64,000 nucleotides of DNA, from the NCBI GenBank assembly GCA_054600435.1, contig BAAIJX010000041.1, forward strand, positions 1-64,000, read 5' to 3'. The notes beneath the pieces were generated by a model that saw only the letters and a program-made list of their open reading frames with translations, ran no database searches and had not been told where the DNA came from. The position numbers and the translations under genes are program-made. The DNA comes from Neophaeotheca triangularis (Eukaryota). This document shows, in pieces, positions 59,133-64,000 of this stretch. Every line of letters starts with the position of its first letter. Position 1 is the first letter of the stretch.

Positions 59133-61107
59133 TTACCTCCCCCAGCCCTCAACAGCAGAATCAATGTTTTTCCGCCACTCCTGCTGCTGCTCGCACTGCT
59201 TCAAGAAGATCTCATACTTGCTCATCAACAGTTTCTTCTCACCGGGGTCCTTGTTTGGGTAAACAGCTTTGCCGGGCTTCGACATGCGGTCCATAATGTC
59301 CCACAAGGGCTCGCTGTTGCCCTCTTTGTCGGTGCTGGCGGCTTTGGCGCCCAGCATGGCCGCGCCGTGGACTACAGCAGCGTGCACGTACCTGGGGATC
59401 AGGACGGGCATGTCGCACGCCGTGGCCATCAGGCTCATGAGGATCTCGTTCTGGCATTGGCTGCCGGACATGAAGATAGAGCTGATGACGTGGCCGGCGG
59501 CGTTCATTTGCTCGACGATCTGGTGGGTTTGGAGGGCAATGAACTCCATGACACCGTAGTAGTGCAGGGCCAGGCTGTCGATGCTCTTGTCGCTGCTCAG
59601 ACCCACCACGGAGCCCTTCATGTCTGGGTCCGCAACGGGCGAGCGGTTGCCGAAGTGGTCGCCGTAGAAGAAGAAGTGTCTGCCCAAGTAGCTTACAGCG
59701 GGCGCTCCAACCTTCTCTTGCATCTCGCGGAGGTGCTCGTTGAGGTAGTCGTAGATGTTGGCGTTAAAGGTCTCGGCCACCGACATGGCTTCCTGGAAAG
59801 CAGGATGGGTTTCGCAGATATGCTTGAGCAGCTCACCTGTCGCACTCTGGCCGCCTTCTGCCATCCAGTAGTCGGGAAGGAGGACGTCGCGGTATGGGCC
59901 CCACACGCCATTGACGAAGACTGGCTTGTCGGACATGGCGAGATGGCAGGTAGAGGTACCGGCGACCGCTGCTAGACGGGTGAAGGCCTGCGAGACGTGG
60001 TTCTTCGCCTGGCCGGAGGCAAGAGCGCTAGAGCCTTGCAGGTTCACCTTTGCGCCGACAGTGCCGATCCAGCCTGCGTAGGCATCAATGACACCACTGC
60101 CGACCGCAATGCCTGCCGGAAGACCCATGTCCTCAGCAGCCTTCTCGCTGAGGGTGCCAATCAGCTCGCCAGCAGTCGAGTATCTACCGTTCTAGGGACA
60201 ATGTCAGCTTGCATTCTCGTCTTGCTTCACTAAGGGTGGAACGGTACCACTTTGTCGACGCCTCCCAGACGCTTGAAATCATCCTCGGCAAGATCCCCAA
60301 GACCAATCTCGTTCAAGAAATCGCCTTGCCAGCCCTTGACACTGCCGTCAACACCCACCGGCACGTAGCCCTGCTTACAGACCACACTGCAGAAGCTGCG
60401 GGTCTCGTTGCCGGTGGCCATGTGTGTGAGGGCATCGCCCAAGTCGTAGAACTTGCAGCGGTCGAAAAGCTCCTTGGGCATGTTGTTCTTGAGCCACAAA
60501 ACTTTGGGGATTTCCATCTCAATGCTCATCTGGCCACCGACGTAACGGAGCAGGTTGTGGTTGGTAGCGTTGATCTTCTTGGTCTCCTCAATGGGGCGGT
60601 GGTCGAGCCACAGAATGACGTTGCGGTCGTTGCCATCGGCATTGTTGAACTTCGGGCCAGTCACTGATACGGGCTCGTCCTTGTCTTGAGAAAAGACGGT
60701 GAGTGAGCAAGTTGCGTCGAAGCCAATACCACGGATGGTGTTGGGTTCGATGTTGTGCTGGTTCATGGCACGCTGAATGGACGAGCAGATGCATTTCCAG
60801 ATGTTTGTGGTAGATTGCTCCTGTGGATAAAAGGTCAGTATTGTATTGCAGTCAAAACGCCTGGTGCTGCAGCTGGAGCTCCTACATAGTAGCCTGGCTC
60901 TGGTTGCCAAAGGCCAATGTTCTCGCTGGCCAAGCCGACAATGTCGCCCCTGTCGTTCATGATACATGCTCTGGCACTACCGGTACCGACATCGATACCG
61001 ATGTAGTGCTCCTTGTGCACTTGCAGCTCGTTGTGCGGGTCGACAGACATTTGGCGAGACTGCTGCCGCGACTGCTGGCGGTATGGCATGGAAGTGTACC
61101 CGGACAT
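59133..61107 (-). CDS. FGGY-family pentulose/ribitol kinase
   Basis: YIGIDVGTGSARA, GIGFDATCSL, WLDHR, EMEIPKVLW, IDAYAG, AGTSTCH, EGGQSATG, GNRSP, SGSQCQN; two introns. Confidence 0.93.
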
Positions 61108-61931
61108 GATTGCGGCGGGCTCTTTTGTAGATATGTGGCCGTAGCTGTAGCTTCGCTTGGGAAAAAGGATTCCTGACAGGAGCTCCCTTGCTTGGTGTTG
61201 CGTGTGCCCTGTCGTTCGATTGGACTGATGAACCGGGACTTGTCTTGGAGAGTACCGGTTTGGGTAGTCTCAGTCACTCTGTACCTGTTACAGGTGGTAC
61301 AAGTGAGAAGGATATTGTGGCTTGCGGGGAAGAGAGGAAGCTGAGATGTTGGTACAGGCGATGGATTGCTTGTTTCTTGGAGGAAAGATACAAGTTTGAG
61401 CAGAAGGAAGTTGTACTTGAGAAGAAATAGAAGTCGGGAGAATTGGTTGAGAACTCCTCACCGTCCTAGCAATCATACTCTGGGCTCTTGCCTGAGAAAC
61501 TCTCGAGACCCTGAAGGTTCCAGGTTTAGCTACATGGCTATGACGTGAGGTCGCAGTGCCCGGTGGGGCGTCGAGGTCCGGGGATGAACAAATGCCCAGA
61601 CGTCATTGATGCCTTTGAAGTGAGGTGAGTGGAAAAAGAAAAGAAAGGGAAAATGAATGTGAATCTCCTTATTAATGCGCTTCGGTGGTGCCAGCTGTAC
61701 GGTTCGAAGTGAGACACAGCGGCACGTGAGGTCTCTCCCACGAAGGCACATGGCATTGGAACGGGCATTATTATTCTCCAGGCACAGCTAAAGCTCGGAC
61801 GCTCGCCAAGCATCGCGAGATGGTGGTAGAACAGCAGTACATAGAACAGTACCCAAGCGATTCAAACATAGCCGTCTCAAGAGCCATACCAACCACCACT
61901 ACACAATTACCTCCCCGCCAGCCAGCCAACA

Positions 61932-62597
61932 ATGCGCCTCAACGTCCCCCTGACCCTCCTCCTAACCTCCCTCACGACCCCCACCCACGCCCTAGAAGAA
62001 GCCCACCGCAACGTCGACATCTTCGCCTGGCCGCTCACAGCACCTGCACCCTCCTCCCTAGCTAAGATAACCTACAATACCACCCACGCCGCCATCTCAA
62101 ACTACGCATCCCCCAAGCTCAGCCCGGAAGACAGCCTCGTGCGCATAGGCTTCCACCCTGATACCGGGGATAAAGACTCCTGGACGGGCATCGCGACCGC
62201 GGCGGGCAATCTCGTCGACGACGTGCAGAAGACGCTCACGCTGCACTTGAATCCCTCGGGGCAGATTAGCCACGTGGGCTTCAAGGCGGAGAGGGGAGGG
62301 GCGAGGAGTCCAAAAACCGGGGGCAAGAGTGCGGATGGCGGGTTGGCAGTGGAGGTTGTGAGCATCCCGCCGGCGCCGGCGCCGATTTTGAACAAACCTG
62401 TCGTTGTTAAGGAGGATGGGAGTGCGGATGGCGAGGAGCCTGAGAAGAGTTTCTTCCAGAAGTGAGTAGTGGTTTTGTTTTTGCTAAGGCATGATTTGGG
62501 TGTCTGTGTGCGTGCTAACTGATTTTGTTATAGGTATTGGTGGGCTTTAGCTGGTGTGCTTGTGCTGCAGCTTGTCTTGAGTGGTGGGGGAAAGTAG
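61932..62597 (+). CDS. EMC10: ER membrane protein complex subunit Emc10-like
   Basis: Signal peptide; P.LNKPVV...EPEKSFFQK / YWW followed by a C-terminal TM and GGGK*. Confidence 0.75.
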
Positions 62598-63086
62598 CGT
62601 GGAAGAATATTCGCATGTTTAACTAGCCAGCGGCTCCGGTCTGTGGCCAACAACGATCTACGAGAAGCCTTCGGCCCGGAGTAGAAGTAATGTGCGGCCG
62701 TTTCGCGATTCGGGAAGAGCACAAGCGCCCGAGCAAGCAGATGAGGCTGACTTGAGCCTGCTGCAGATCCGACAGACCTTTTCGAAGGGACCGGGGAACT
62801 TGGTAGATCTGTTGGCTGGGCTCGACACGATGTCCCTGCAAGGCAATCCAGTACCAGCACGACGTTGACACAGTCCAGTCCCCTAGAGAGATCAAACGAC
62901 AAGATCGAATCTGTCGGGGCGAATTGGTAAACGATACCAGAAACGACACGAGAGTTCTACTACACTGTTTGGCCGCCACCAATGCAGCAATCTATCAAAA
63001 CCTCACACATTGCCCCTATTTGCCTTAATCTCGACTTTCAGTGGAATAGCTCTCTCTTGCCCGCCAAAATCTCCTTCATCCTCGAC

Positions 63087-63912
63087 CTATAACATACCCT
63101 TCCCCACCTGCTCCTTTCGCTCCTCCCAAACGGTCTTCCCACTACAACTACAAACCGTCTTATCATTATCCCAAACCCCAGCACTCCTCGCAATAACACC
63201 GACAAGCGTATCGACATCCTCCCTATCCGTCCGCACCTCGCGATCCTCCACCTCCCCCTCCCTCAACCGCCTAACAACAATACTCCTCCCAATCATTTCC
63301 CAAATCTGCACCGGACGATCAACAAAAACACTCCCCAACCCGCCCTTGCCAACGTCGACAACCCCCCACCACCCTCTCGCCCTGCCCCCCTCTCTTCCCG
63401 CATCCTCACCCCCCCAAACCCGTCCCGTACTCTCCGCGCCCCGCGAGATATCCCCGCTCTCCCTAACACTAACCCCATACCTCCCCTCCCCGACCCCCTG
63501 CAGCGTGAGATCACACAGCGTCATCCCCGCGCTGACTTGCACCATGCGTATCAGGCCCCTGACGGCATTGTCCAAATTCACGGATGGGTGCGAGCTATGG
63601 GTTTCGAGAATGCAGACGGCGGCGCTTTCAGCTTTTCCTGAGCCGCGCAGAATGGCGTCGCGGCCGGTCGATTGGATTGTTGAGACGATTTGGCTTGGGG
63701 GGGTGGTGCCGGTTATTGAGAGCAGTTGGGAGGGGAGGTTAGCGGTTACGGTGGAGATTCCTGTGCCGGGCGTGTGAGTTTGGAGAGGCTGCTGGCATGG
63801 GGTTTGGGGTGAGGGAGCTACCGTCGAGTTTGTAGAGAGAGGTTGAGACGTCTTGGACGCAGCTTTCGCAGGTCATGGGGACCGCGAAGGTGGTTTCGAA
63901 GGGCGGGATCAT
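63087..63912 (-). CDS. CCS1: Copper chaperone for superoxide dismutase
   Basis: HMA motif FAVPMTCESCV, GRDAILRGSG, SAAVCILE, IGRSIVV, GVIARSAGVWDNDKTVCSCSG. Confidence 0.96.
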
Positions 63913-64000
63913 GGTTGGGGTTTGTTCTTTGGTTTGTGCAGTAGTGAGGCTTTGCTTTCTAGCTTCAAGGAGGATAATCCTTATCGTGTACTGGGTAAAG

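Noticed and set aside
1..64000. tRNA, rRNA, spliceosomal snRNA, TPP riboswitch or CRISPR array
   Set aside because: No diagnostic motifs seen by eye; tRNAscan-SE and Infernal are needed to exclude them formally.

Overview
This is the left end of a filamentous-ascomycete chromosome. The evidence is a (CCCTAA)n telomere, short GT-AG introns with CTRAC branch sites, and RIP-degraded repeats; a Dothideomycete-like host is a weak inference only. The telomere joins directly onto an open coding exon, with no subtelomeric buffer. The first ~19 kb holds accessory genes: a small catabolic-type cluster, a RIP patch, a secreted Cys/Thr-rich protein, a sulfotransferase-like protein, an AT-hook protein, a Na+/H+ antiporter, an SDR, and an A-T-C NRPS-like pseudogene whose internal deletion junction reads TTAGGGTTAGG. 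From ~20 kb the genes are mostly core: TRM1, pantothenate kinase, an atypical Rab, MED17, ISN1, COX16, ATR/MEC1, a LaeA-like methyltransferase, a P450, an MscS channel, YKT6, IES6, a cupin, flavocytochrome b2, an FGGY kinase, EMC10 and CCS1. A full-length, RIP-inactivated PIF/Harbinger transposon with 32-bp TIRs and a TCA target-site duplication sits at 26.5-30.1 kb. The most intriguing unexplained signal is a ~650-nt non-coding stretch at 52.8-53.45 kb that folds by eye into one very long nested stem with a multibranch head, a candidate novel structured ncRNA. All calls were made by eye and exon boundaries are inferred.
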